DNA of 41,934 nt from the UHGV virus genome UHGV-0119548, one strand, 5' to 3'. The stretch's first letter is position 1, and each line of letters starts with the position of its first letter. The notes below the pieces were generated by a model. The model was given only the letters and a program-made list of their open reading frames with translations, was not told the DNA's origin and made no database searches. Of this stretch, positions 1-9,016 are shown piece by piece. The translations under genes were made by a program, and so were the position numbers. The DNA is from a virus.

Positions 1-40
1 ATCATCACGAACAACAAATGACAGTAAAACAAACAGTAAG

Positions 41-295
41 GTGAATACAATGAAAAAACTAATTGTTGCTTGCATCTTATCAGCTCTGTCTTTTGGTGCT
101 TTTGCTTCTGTAAATTCGACAGATAAGAGTGATGCTGGCACTGCTCAATATGGTGATACTGGCCTTGATAACCAACGTTCGAGTTATTTCAATACTGACT
201 CATGGAAAGAAAAACAACTACAAGGTAAAATTATTGACAGTGAATGTAATTTACCTATCCATTTTTCTGGTGTAAATGATGGGTGTAAAAAATAA
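41..295 (+). CDS. small secreted protein (84 aa), moron downstream of tail-fibre gene
   Basis: ATG preceded by AAGGTGA; N-terminus MNTMKKLIVACILSALSFGAFA looks like a signal peptide; followed by intrinsic terminator. Confidence 0.5.
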   Translation: MNTMKKLIVACILSALSFGAFASVNSTDKSDAGTAQYGDTGLDNQRSSYFNTDSWKEKQLQGKIIDSECNLPIHFSGVNDGCKK

Positions 296-306
296 AAACA
301 ATGCAT

Positions 307-337
307 AAAAAAAACGGGGCTTATGCCCCGTTTTTTA
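307..337. terminator. bidirectional intrinsic terminator
   Basis: hairpin ACGGGGC-TTAT-GCCCCGT (314-331) flanked by an A-run (307-314) and T-run (331-336); lies between convergent genes. Confidence 0.6.
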
Positions 338-3300
338 TGCTGTCGTTGATGTTCTAAATGATCCGGTGCCTCTTGCTACTATCATTGTTGGAGAATACAA
401 CGCGGTACAATATGCGTATCCTTCAGATGATGATGTTTGAGGACAATATATTTTCCCGATAATATCTGATGCTTTTAAACCAGAAAAAGCGCATTGCACT
501 GTTAATGTGCATCCACCATAAGGCACGTAATATGAAATTGTTTTGTTTTTATCTCCGCAACTAAACGTTACGTTATAAGTGGATCTATATTCACCAGACA
601 TTAATGAAATAGTCGCCATAAGCATAACTGATTTCGTCAATGCATTATCCGTGCTGTCTTTATATGTGATGGTTGCGCTATAACTTCCGTTATGCCCAAG
701 CACTCGATCTGGACCAACCCCCATGTTAGCAACGTCACCGACAAATGACTTTGCCTCTACTGTACCTTTAAACTTCCCGCTTGTGGCCTGAATCTCACCA
801 GTGAATTTACCAGATGTTGCGTACACCGTACCGCGTACAGTGACGTTGTTGAACTCCGCATTGCCGTTTTTATTTAGCATCCAGCCAGCCGAACCAGCTT
901 TATAGTTGGTTGACTGAATTTGCTGCGCAATCTTCGCGGTAGTGATTGATGCGTCTCTGATCCACGCATCACGGATGTAGCAAGCACCGTTAGTAACATA
1001 GAACGGGGTCTGATAGGAGCCACCTGCCGCAGTCATAAGCACGAAACGGTCAACGAGGAAAATACACTGCGATTGAACGTTAGTCCCGCTACCAGTAAGG
1101 CCGAGCGACATTCCTGTAGCGTATTTCATACCGTTTTTATCAGTGGCAATCTTAATTGAATATGACGCATCAACGTTACCTTTGAAGTCAGTCAGTGCTT
1201 TTGATGTCGTTTCTATCGCCGTTGTGTTTCCGTTAATAGTTACTTTCAACTGGTCGATTCTGGTTGACAATGCCTCGTCTGCCGTTGCCATAGCCTGTGA
1301 CCATTCCGTGATGCTTGAGTTTACATCGTCGAAAGATGCCGAGATCTGGCCAAATTTTTCCGCGCTTGATGTTTCATGCGTAGAAAGTGCAGTTGACACT
1401 TCGGATACTTTCGAATTAATCGTACTGGTAAGCGATGAGTTAAGGCTGCTGATTGCGTCAGTGCGTGCATTCTTCTCATCTGCGATCGCTTTATCCATCC
1501 TGGTTACGTTGCTTGTCACCTTGCTATCGAGCGTGGAAATTGACGCATTAACCCCGCTAATAGCTTCTGCGCGTGCGCTCGCCTCATCTGCGATTGCTTT
1601 ATCAAGACGGGAAACGCTCGCGTCGGTTTTGCTTTCAAGACTACTGACGCTGGCGTTAACGTTGCTAATAGCTTCTGCGCGTGCGCTCGCCTCATCTGCG
1701 ATTGCTGTGTCTACCCTTGCTATTTCCGCTTTTGTTTTTCTTTGTCCTTTCCTGTATTTCGCCTCAATAACAGTGCTCATCTTGCTTTGCGCCATTGAGT
1801 TATTAATAAGCGCCAGAGATGCGTTTTGCAGACCTGCTTTCGCCTGAACTATCTCGTCGCTGTTTTTATCAACCTCACTTTTAACGCTGCCAAGCGACGC
1901 GCTGATACCTGATATCGCCTGAGCGCGTGTGCTTGATTCGTCAGCGATAGCTTGATCAAGACGGCTAACACTGGCATTTGTGTTATTTTCAAGCGTTGTT
2001 AAATCAGCTTTAACCACTGTTATTGCGTCGCTTCTTGCCTGCGTTTCATCTGATATTGCCTTATCGAGGCGCTTAACACTGGCGTCAGTTTTCTTGTCAA
2101 GCGTTGAGATACTTGCGTTCACGTCGCTGATAGCCTGAGTACGCGCACTTGTTTCGTCTGCAATTGCCCGATCAAGACGGTTTACGCTGGCGTCAGTTTT
2201 CTTGTCAAGATTGCTTATTGAGGCATTTACACCGTTAATAGCTTCAGCGCGAGCGCTGGCCTCGTCAGCTACTGCGCGTTGCACATTAGAGATCTGACCT
2301 TTAAGGTTTGTGTCCATCACATTCATTTCTGCCGTGATGGTTTCCAGTGATTCCGCTGTCGCTTTTTTCTCTTCAGCGATAACGTTGTCAATGCGGTCAA
2401 TTTCCGCTTTCGTCTCTGTCCTGCCTTTCTTGTACTGAGCGGTAAGAGTTACGCGAGTGTTAGTCTGTGCAAGCGAGTTATTAATAAGAGCAAGTGAGGC
2501 GTTTTGCAGACTTGCTTTTGCTTGCGCTAGTTCGCTGCCAACTTTTTCGCTAGACACCTCTAGCGAGTCGATTCTCGACTCATGCTGTCCAATATCATCG
2601 GCGTTTTCCTTAACCTTTTTATAAAGATCTTCCGTTTCTTTTTTAAGTGTGTCTGTGTCAGCTTTTATTGATCCTGTTTCTATGGTTAGGTTGTCAGTTT
2701 CAGTCCTTAAATCGTCAGTTATATTGGTCAGATTATCAGTTGCAGTTTTGAGGTTGTCAGTAGCAGTTTTAAGGTCATTCGTAGCGCTTTCGATAAGATC
2801 AGTGCGGTCGCCTAGATCTTTAATGTCACCAACCATTTCTTTAAATTGTTTGGAATTCATTACGTCTTTGGTGACGTAATCGGTAATTTCGTCAAAGTTT
2901 TCTGTTGGCTTACCTGACGCTTCCACAAAGTCAGACACACCAAAAGCGTTACGCGTGCGCACATAAACGTAATATATGTGACCTGTATTCATGCCGCCAA
3001 ACGTCCACTGATGACCACGCCCCGTATATTGTGCTTTAGTGGTTACTGATGCCGGGTCGGTGATCTGTGTTTCACCTGAGTAATAAAACTCGTAACTGGT
3101 ATCAGTGGTAAGCGTTGTTCTGCTGATCGGATACACTGTTGCCTGGAATACACCAGGAACCCAATTAACGCCAATCGGGGCTGCTGGTGCACCAATAACC
3201 AGATCAACTATACTCTCAGCGCCCTTCATGCCCGTATCATTACGACCGCGAATGCCTAATGAGTAGGTTCCTGAATCAATGCCATAAAAATCATAACTGT

Positions 3301-5305
3301 AATTCGTAGTTTCGTAGCTTTTAACCACAGCGCCGTCGGCGTTATACACGCGAATCTCAAAGGTCAGGCGACGCGTTGTCGTCTGTGTTTCCCATGTTGC
3401 GCGACATTGAACCGTTTCAGATCCAACGTTTAACACCTTCAGATTTTCAATGTTCGGCACGCGGAAGTGATTAAGCGTGTCGTTATTGATCTCGAAGATT
3501 GCGCCATTATCGACTACGGCCTGCTTATGTGGATCATGCTGTGCGGCCTCGATGGTGTATACGCTGTTATTTTCTGTTTCTGCTACGCTGGTGATTCGAC
3601 ATAAAACGGGTTTTGCTGCGTTGGTTGATGCAGCAAAAACAGTACCGTTACGAATCCATGCCGGGGCGGATGCAAGGGTAATTTTGTTTCCGCTAACTCC
3701 AGTGATCTGGTGTTTTTTAAACTTGCCATCGCTATCAAGCAGGCTGATCGTATCTCCAGCGGAGATATATTTGGCATCAACCTTGTCTACAGTTATTACT
3801 TTGCCATTGTTCGCAACGATGCGACCGCCTAAGCGAGCGCCTGCGCGGTTATTGTCCAGGATTTCGATAATATCACCTGGCGTAAAGTGAATCGCGTCAC
3901 GGGCCATTTTAAACGTGAATTTTGACGGCTCGCGTTTTGCTGTTTCTATCAGCCATTTGCCAGCGCGGTACGCTTGCCCGCGTGACGTGCAACCGAAAGC
4001 CTCTAGCGTGGTTTCGTTATAACCATCGCGGGCGATCAGTTCATCGTCTGCCACGTATTCTTTTGATTGCTCCCAGCCGTTTTCCGGGTCAGTCCATGAC
4101 ACAATCACGGCGTTGTAAGATTCTGCGCGGGCAATACTTGAACGAGTAAACGCGCCATCAACTACGTTTGCATTTGTAATGGTGGCGATTGGATCTTGTG
4201 GCGCATCAATCATCACGGTAAGGCGCTGCCCGTCCCATAATGCAATACCACGGAACATGCCTGCAATATTATCCAGTAAGTCGCGTGCGCTAATTTGTTC
4301 CGTGATGTAAGCATTAAGCGTCATGCGAGGTTCAAAGCCGCCGTAACCATCGCTAACCAACTGATCGCAGTATTGGGAAAGCGTATATAATGCGCCATCG
4401 TCAACATCAATGTAACCAGCGTGGCGAGCAAGTCCGAAACGTTCATTTTTAACCAGATACCGGAAAAGCCATGCAGGGTTATTGGTGTACGCTTTTTTAA
4501 ATCCACCAAGCCATAAACCGGAATACGTGCGCGTTTCAGGGTTATAGTTGTCCGGCACATCAACAATCAGTCCGCGCAGATGATAAGTGCGGGCAGGAGT
4601 ATCAGTATACTGGTCATGGTCAATTACCGCGCCAGCTACAGCGGTATGAGGGTAAGACAGGTTATCGTCGATTATCTCGCTGTAACTGCTCCACCGCGTA
4701 TCATTACGAAGAAGATCGCTTTTGCTGTCTGGCGTTACGCGACGAACGCGAATATCAAACGGCTTTTCATCCGGTGCGTTGATAACGTGAGCTTCCAGGT
4801 ATTCACCACTCTGTTTACCAGGCCCGATCGTAATGTCTTTAACCAGCGACCACGTCGATGATGATGATGGCTTAACATCAACCATTAACATGACTGACGT
4901 GTTATATTGATTGCCCTTATCATCTGACTGAACTAGAGCATCAACGCCAACATTCAATCTAACGCGGGTGACGTTTGGGTCTGAAACGGTCCTGATTATT
5001 GGCGTATCGTGAGTTACCTTCGCATTGACAATAACAGTTGATTCAATGGCGTTAAAACCGTTAATCGGTGATTGGTCAGCTGTGCCATTGCGCCACGCTA
5101 TACTTACCCCAGGGATTGACGTATTTCCGTTGGCGTCAGTAACAGGCGTGTCATTAAGCATCACATCATTTAATGGCGCTTTCTGGTTTACCGGGCCGTA
5201 TATCGGCCCCTCGCTGAGAATGTCTAAAACACGATAAAACTGTTTATGATACAGGTTATCGTTCAATAAATGTGGTGTTTTGGCTTTGCCGCCGCCGCTA
5301 CTCAT
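335..5305 (-). CDS. J: central tail fibre / host specificity protein J homolog (1656 aa) with internal coiled-coil repeat insertion
   Basis: long ORF at end of tail module after L-K-I homologs; N-terminal and central blocks resemble lambda gpJ as recalled; C-terminal about 250 aa unlike lambda J. Confidence 0.9.
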   Translation of the reverse strand: MSSGGGKAKTPHLLNDNLYHKQFYRVLDILSEGPIYGPVNQKAPLNDVMLNDTPVTDANGNTSIPGVSIAWRNGTADQSPINGFNAIESTVIVNAKVTHDTPIIRTVSDPNVTRVRLNVGVDALVQSDDKGNQYNTSVMLMVDVKPSSSSTWSLVKDITIGPGKQSGEYLEAHVINAPDEKPFDIRVRRVTPDSKSDLLRNDTRWSSYSEIIDDNLSYPHTAVAGAVIDHDQYTDTPARTYHLRGLIVDVPDNYNPETRTYSGLWLGGFKKAYTNNPAWLFRYLVKNERFGLARHAGYIDVDDGALYTLSQYCDQLVSDGYGGFEPRMTLNAYITEQISARDLLDNIAGMFRGIALWDGQRLTVMIDAPQDPIATITNANVVDGAFTRSSIARAESYNAVIVSWTDPENGWEQSKEYVADDELIARDGYNETTLEAFGCTSRGQAYRAGKWLIETAKREPSKFTFKMARDAIHFTPGDIIEILDNNRAGARLGGRIVANNGKVITVDKVDAKYISAGDTISLLDSDGKFKKHQITGVSGNKITLASAPAWIRNGTVFAASTNAAKPVLCRITSVAETENNSVYTIEAAQHDPHKQAVVDNGAIFEINNDTLNHFRVPNIENLKVLNVGSETVQCRATWETQTTTRRLTFEIRVYNADGAVVKSYETTNYSYDFYGIDSGTYSLGIRGRNDTGMKGAESIVDLVIGAPAAPIGVNWVPGVFQATVYPISRTTLTTDTSYEFYYSGETQITDPASVTTKAQYTGRGHQWTFGGMNTGHIYYVYVRTRNAFGVSDFVEASGKPTENFDEITDYVTKDVMNSKQFKEMVGDIKDLGDRTDLIESATNDLKTATDNLKTATDNLTNITDDLRTETDNLTIETGSIKADTDTLKKETEDLYKKVKENADDIGQHESRIDSLEVSSEKVGSELAQAKASLQNASLALINNSLAQTNTRVTLTAQYKKGRTETKAEIDRIDNVIAEEKKATAESLETITAEMNVMDTNLKGQISNVQRAVADEASARAEAINGVNASISNLDKKTDASVNRLDRAIADETSARTQAISDVNASISTLDKKTDASVKRLDKAISDETQARSDAITVVKADLTTLENNTNASVSRLDQAIADESSTRAQAISGISASLGSVKSEVDKNSDEIVQAKAGLQNASLALINNSMAQSKMSTVIEAKYRKGQRKTKAEIARVDTAIADEASARAEAISNVNASVSSLESKTDASVSRLDKAIADEASARAEAISGVNASISTLDSKVTSNVTRMDKAIADEKNARTDAISSLNSSLTSTINSKVSEVSTALSTHETSSAEKFGQISASFDDVNSSITEWSQAMATADEALSTRIDQLKVTINGNTTAIETTSKALTDFKGNVDASYSIKIATDKNGMKYATGMSLGLTGSGTNVQSQCIFLVDRFVLMTAAGGSYQTPFYVTNGACYIRDAWIRDASITTAKIAQQIQSTNYKAGSAGWMLNKNGNAEFNNVTVRGTVYATSGKFTGEIQATSGKFKGTVEAKSFVGDVANMGVGPDRVLGHNGSYSATITYKDSTDNALTKSVMLMATISLMSGEYRSTYNVTFSCGDKNKTISYYVPYGGCTLTVQCAFSGLKASDIIGKIYCPQTSSSEGYAYCTALYSPTMIVARGTGSFRTSTTA
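1400..2350 (-). repeat. in-frame tandem coding repeats (about 105-108 nt, 35-36 codons) inside J
   Basis: exact 43-nt copies at 1556-1598 and 1664-1706; further near-copies (e.g. 2081-2103 vs 2185-2207); protein units like KTDASVSRLDKAIADEASARAEAISGVNASISTLDSK. Confidence 0.7.
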
Positions 5306-5318
5306 GGTTTTTCTCCTG

Positions 5319-5849
5319 TTAACTTACAACGTCTAATGCATCTCTGTTGTTGCTTGTGTCTATGCCTAACGATCCGACGTTTGAACCTATTTTCATTTCA
5401 CCCAACAGGATTGGCACTGGTCTACCCTGGCCTACCTTGTTTTCAACGCTGGTGTAGGTGTTGTTCGTTATGGTGTTATCTTGTGCGCTTTCTGCTGACG
5501 TCTTTATCTTCAGGTTGCGAGACATAAAGATCGAGAACGCAACGCTAACCACTGAAACACCAATCAAGATCCAACCCACAACACCAATCCCCGCAATACC
5601 ACCTTCAACTACTGGAGCAATAATGATGGTTGTTCCGTCAGGGTATTTACTGTTAACCGCTGCTGGCGCGGTCTTTTCGTCATAATCTTTTCCGGCAATT
5701 CGTAAGCGCAAAGGTGTATTTAAAAAAGCCTTCTTGAACTCCTGATCCTGCGCGGTCAATAGGCTAAGTCCTTGCGCTGGCGTATCAACGTTTAAACACA
5801 CTTTGCCGTAATATCTTCGAAGATTGCCCGTAAATCTAAATTTGAGCAT
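5319..5849 (-). CDS. I: tail assembly protein I-like (176 aa)
   Basis: position between K and J; central hydrophobic segment; RBS GGAG upstream of ATG at 5849. Confidence 0.65.
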   Translation of the reverse strand: MLKFRFTGNLRRYYGKVCLNVDTPAQGLSLLTAQDQEFKKAFLNTPLRLRIAGKDYDEKTAPAAVNSKYPDGTTIIIAPVVEGGIAGIGVVGWILIGVSVVSVAFSIFMSRNLKIKTSAESAQDNTITNNTYTSVENKVGQGRPVPILLGEMKIGSNVGSLGIDTSNNRDALDVVS

Positions 5850-6523
5850 TTGTCAGATCTCCATATTGAATGCGTTTGTCGAACATACGCGGGCCGCATT
5901 TGCTCGCGGCGGCTTAGCAGTCCGGCATTGTCATGATGCAAAACAGTGTTATCGCCCAGGAAAATCATCGCGTGGCATGGGTCAGCGCCTTTAAACGGCT
6001 GGCGGATAATCACGTCACCAGGCTGAATGCTTTGCGCATCAACCATGAAAAACCCGTTCAATGGCAGGTTTTTTATGTACAGGTTTTCCCCACGCAGCCA
6101 CCACCCATCGTGGCGCTCAAAGTCAGGTAGATCCACGCCGCAAAGGTGATAGGCGTCACGGAAAAGCGAGTAGCAGTCTGTTTTCCCGTGCTCAAATTTA
6201 CGGCCTAACAGGTGCGCTACCGGGAGAAACTTTCTCACCCTGCCACCTGAACATAAAAACCACGGCAGGCCGGAAATAACATGCTGTTGTCGATCCCGTG
6301 CCGACAATACCAGGGTATCATCGGTGTGGGAGTGGAAAACTGCTGTTATAACGCCTAATTCGTCAGCTTTGATATAATCGTCAGGCGAGATTTTAAAGCT
6401 GTTGTGCGGCGTTTCAGACACGTTTAAGCACGGGTAAAAATAATCGTTATCTATCACCAGGCCGCAAACTTCCTCACGCGGGTGTGCTGCTGCATAGCGA
6501 ATCATTTTATCTTCAAGCGCCAT
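5792..6523 (-). CDS. K: tail assembly protein K-like (MPN/JAB plus NlpC/P60 domains)
   Basis: HSHTDD (JAB-like) and KTDCYSLFRDAYHLCG (NlpC/P60 Cys) motifs; start chosen at ATG 6523 with RBS AAGGTGGG, 2 nt after L stop. Confidence 0.8.
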   Translation of the reverse strand: MALEDKMIRYAAAHPREEVCGLVIDNDYFYPCLNVSETPHNSFKISPDDYIKADELGVITAVFHSHTDDTLVLSARDRQQHVISGLPWFLCSGGRVRKFLPVAHLLGRKFEHGKTDCYSLFRDAYHLCGVDLPDFERHDGWWLRGENLYIKNLPLNGFFMVDAQSIQPGDVIIRQPFKGADPCHAMIFLGDNTVLHHDNAGLLSRREQMRPAYVRQTHSIWRSDKCSNLDLRAIFEDITAKCV

Positions 6524-6525
6524 AA

Positions 6526-7230
6526 TCAACCCACCTTGCTTGATCCTGGGAAACATGAAATTGGTAACGGATTCGGGCGCGGAAAACGCAAACGGCAACC
6601 GCTTAGGCGGTGGCTGCATTTATCCAGCTTTGGATCGCTTGTCGATTCGTCTTTGTCAGTAGCTACAGGGCCGCCACTATATCCGCAACCGTCGCCGCGA
6701 TATTGCCACTGGCAAACGTCAGCGAGGATTGTGCGCCCAGGGATAACCGCTTTATCAGCATCAATTGGCGTTGACAGTTCATATTGCACCTGGTCCGCTG
6801 TTTCTTCGCTCATCGCTTCAACGACGTAAAAAGACACAGCCTCAATAGATGGATCTGCATCTGGATTGCCGTTGGGGAAGTTAACGGCGTCCAGGTATTT
6901 TACTTCCACCTGGCGGCGAGTAACCTTCATTCCTCGCAGGTCGTTGAAATCGTTATTCATCCCGGTGATTAGCCCGCCAATGTTGGCTACTACCATTTGG
7001 GGGCGTGAGTAAACGCCTTCGTTTTTCATTTCGAAGCCAGTTGCCTCGATCGGGTAGCTGTTGTAAGCCAAGCCCTTCCAGATAACCGGGCCGTAATAGC
7101 CATTCACGCCGGAATGGAAGCGGATAACCTCGCCACCCAGGGGCGTGAGGTCTAATTCAAACAAGTCAATTACCGCGCCGACTCCGGCATCGACGGAATC
7201 AATAATCATTTCTCTCGGAATATTGCGCAT
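6526..7230 (-). CDS. L: minor tail protein L-like (234 aa)
   Basis: motifs YLDAVNFPNGNPDADP and CQWQYRGDGCGYSG resemble lambda gpL as recalled; order M-L-K-I-J. Confidence 0.85.
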   Translation of the reverse strand: MRNIPREMIIDSVDAGVGAVIDLFELDLTPLGGEVIRFHSGVNGYYGPVIWKGLAYNSYPIEATGFEMKNEGVYSRPQMVVANIGGLITGMNNDFNDLRGMKVTRRQVEVKYLDAVNFPNGNPDADPSIEAVSFYVVEAMSEETADQVQYELSTPIDADKAVIPGRTILADVCQWQYRGDGCGYSGGPVATDKDESTSDPKLDKCSHRLSGCRLRFPRPNPLPISCFPGSSKVG

Positions 7231-7272
7231 TTTCTCACCTTGTCATTCTGTGATCTGCGTCACGCTAAATCA

Positions 7273-7345
7273 TACCAAAATGGATTGATCGCGGTTTTTA
7301 CAATATGTATATTTTACTCAAACGGAAGCATAGTTAACAAAATGG
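7273..7345 (+). promoter_or_regulatory. two copies of the recurrent ACAAAATGG motif upstream of plus-strand island A
   Basis: TACCAAAATGG at 7273-7283 and AACAAAATGG at 7336-7345, the latter directly upstream of RBS GGAGGTG and ATG 7360. Confidence 0.35.
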
Positions 7346-7359
7346 CGCGGAGGTGCGTT

Positions 7360-7524
7360 ATGACTGAAAAGCTATGGAAGTTGACGGTATTCATGACAGA
7401 CGGTAGGGAAAAGGTTATCGCCCTGTATGACGACGAGGGTGAAGCATTGGTTGACGCGCTTTTACTTGCTGAGGATGACCGCCTTTTGGGATACCAGATC
7501 GAACCTGTCAAATATGAGGGTTAG
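7360..7524 (+). CDS. hypothetical protein (54 aa), island A
   Basis: internal ATG of track ORF 7240-7524 with RBS GGAGGTG; acidic product MTEKLWKL... Confidence 0.4.
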   Translation: MTEKLWKLTVFMTDGREKVIALYDDEGEALVDALLLAEDDRLLGYQIEPVKYEG

Positions 7525-7528
7525 CAAA

Positions 7529-7882
7529 ATGCAAAAGTATCGTCTTGATGTCTGGATGGCTGGTAGTGATGATTGGGAAGGTTACGGTTTGCATGACAGT
7601 TACGAAATGGCGGTCGAGGAAGGAGAAAAACTCGTTCGATTCTTCGGTCGCGCCAGAGAATTCAAAATTACTCCAGTACAAATACCGGATAAGGTGGAAG
7701 ATATGAACCCGAAAGATATTAATGGTAGCTTCACTGCTTATTATGCAGATTCTATGGACCAGTCTTGCCCTGGTGAAATACACGCAAAAGGTTTCCCGGC
7801 TGACGATCCAGAAGCAAAACGCGAATACGAAAAAGCGGCGAAAGATTTCTGTATCGATAACCTTTCAGCATTCGATAAATAA
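7529..7882 (+). CDS. hypothetical acidic protein (117 aa), island A
   Basis: ATG 4 nt after upstream stop with GAGGG RBS; D/E-rich product. Confidence 0.5.
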   Translation: MQKYRLDVWMAGSDDWEGYGLHDSYEMAVEEGEKLVRFFGRAREFKITPVQIPDKVEDMNPKDINGSFTAYYADSMDQSCPGEIHAKGFPADDPEAKREYEKAAKDFCIDNLSAFDK

Positions 7883-7891
7883 GGCGGCAAC

Positions 7892-8140
7892 ATGGGGCGG
7901 CGCAATCACGGTGATTATGTGTACACGTTGAAACAGGCCGCCCGCCTCGTCGGTTATCATGAGCACGAATTTATTGATTTGATGATTGAGCGCGGGATAC
8001 TGTACCAGGTCTGTTTAACGCTGTACCCAAAAGCGAAATACCTACAGGAAAAGTTATTCATCATCATGACAGATGAAAACCAGGTTAACCATTCATTCGT
8101 CACTGATAAGGGCGTTAATTATCTGCGTGATAACTTATAG
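7892..8140 (+). CDS. hypothetical protein (82 aa), island A
   Basis: ORF with AAGGCGG RBS; segment LKQAARLVGYHEHEFIDLMIERG could be a helix-turn-helix (speculative). Confidence 0.45.
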   Translation: MGRRNHGDYVYTLKQAARLVGYHEHEFIDLMIERGILYQVCLTLYPKAKYLQEKLFIIMTDENQVNHSFVTDKGVNYLRDNL

Positions 8141-8150
8141 GTGACAGATT

Positions 8151-8267
8151 ATGAAAATAGAAGTTTTGGCGCTAATAATAATGGGATTGATAGTATTTGG
8201 CGTTCATTCTGTAGATCTGGACTGGAAAACGATAGCAGAAAATATAGCATTAATGGAAATGGAATAA
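8151..8267 (+). CDS. small membrane peptide (38 aa)
   Basis: ATG with AGGTGA RBS; MKIEVLALIIMGLIVFGV... hydrophobic; ends just before terminator; preferred over read-through track ORF 8141-8611. Confidence 0.35.
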   Translation: MKIEVLALIIMGLIVFGVHSVDLDWKTIAENIALMEME

Positions 8268-8269
8268 TA

Positions 8270-8300
8270 ATAACCCCGCTTCTCGCGGGGTCGTGTTTAT
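8270..8300. terminator. bidirectional intrinsic terminator
   Basis: hairpin CCCCGC-TTCTC-GCGGGG (8274-8290) with T-run 8291-8300 on plus and T-rich tail on minus. Confidence 0.55.
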
Positions 8301-8497
8301 ACGCCATCAAGCAAAAACAAAACTTCCTTCCCTTCTCTGGATCTGCACCCCACATACCCATCACCAACGTCGTGAAGATACCATATATCGCCATTATCAG
8401 CTTTTACAGCAAGGTCGTTGATCTCATAGTCATCAAACAATGTGAAAGCGTCAGTTTTGTCCACTACACAAGTCCCGTACATATTAACCACCATCAT
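8297..8497 (-). CDS. hypothetical acidic protein (66 aa), coupled to M
   Basis: ATGA start/stop overlap with M stop at 8494-8497; ends in terminator. Confidence 0.45.
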   Translation of the reverse strand: MMVVNMYGTCVVDKTDAFTLFDDYEINDLAVKADNGDIWYLHDVGDGYVGCRSREGKEVLFLLDGV

Positions 8498-8847
8498 CTA
8501 ACAACTTGCTCAAACGTTGCGTTAAGCGTGTATACAGGACCGTCTTTCGTCATACTCCAGCTACGGCAAACAAAAAGCCTTTGCACGCCATCCATCGACG
8601 GCGACCAGTAAAAAGCCTCGACAGCGCCGCGCGCCATCAAGAATGCTTCAGCCTGGATCGCCACGTTTCCACCATCACCGCATCCTGCGCTACTGCCTTT
8701 AAAGACCAGGGTGTAGCTGTCAAGCAATGTGTTGATCCCTTTCGCCTGGCGCTGTTCATAACCATCACCAAGTTTGACAACGGACACATTCGGTTCCCTG
8801 GTTACGCTGTAGCTTCGTTGCGGCGTCCATTTGAACACTTCCGGCAT
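8494..8847 (-). CDS. M: minor tail protein M-like (117 aa)
   Basis: LGDGYEQR and C-terminal FEQVV resemble lambda gpM as recalled; position after tape measure; RBS GGGGGGG. Confidence 0.85.
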   Translation of the reverse strand: MPEVFKWTPQRSYSVTREPNVSVVKLGDGYEQRQAKGINTLLDSYTLVFKGSSAGCGDGGNVAIQAEAFLMARGAVEAFYWSPSMDGVQRLFVCRSWSMTKDGPVYTLNATFEQVVR

Positions 8848-8863
8848 AAAACCCCCCCATAAG

Positions 8864-8947
8864 TTACATTTTGTATATATCTTTACGCGCTTCTACGCGA
8901 AAAATAAGATCATTGTCACAATGATTATAGCTAGTTTACAAAATGGC
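8864..8947. promoter_or_regulatory. divergent regulatory region: inverted ACAAAATG(G/T) motif pair flanking a conserved 25-nt element
   Basis: TTACATTTTGTATA at 8864-8877, TTTACAAAATGGC at 8935-8947, 25-nt element at 8882-8906; between minus gene M and plus island B. Confidence 0.4.
8882..8906 (-). promoter_or_regulatory. conserved 25-nt element TTTACGCG(C/T)T(T/G)CTACGCGAAAAATA, copy 1
   Basis: near-identical second copy at 21166-21190; both lie 20-60 nt upstream of a minus-strand structural gene start (M; portal). Confidence 0.35.
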
Positions 8948-9016
8948 TTCACATAGCACGCAACAAGATGTATATAGAAAGCAAGAAGAAAGTAGTACCA
9001 ACGAAGGAGGCCCAAA

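Noticed and set aside
1400-2350. Repeat array that could be mistaken for CRISPR or a mobile element
   Set aside because: Repeats are in-frame coding units of the J protein with no unique spacers and no inverted terminal repeats.
1143-4861. Plus-strand ORFs of 65-234 aa overlapping the J gene (1143-1847, 2649-2879, 3477-3890, 3922-4149, 4580-4861)
   Set aside because: Antisense to a long coding region with clear J-type content; products are low-complexity with no RBS-led starts; typical shadow ORFs of GC-skewed repeats.
8141-8611. 156-aa plus-strand track ORF starting at GTG 8141
   Set aside because: Reads through the terminator at 8270-8300 and antisense through two minus-strand genes; the in-frame-shifted 38-aa ORF with a proper RBS ending before the terminator is more plausible.
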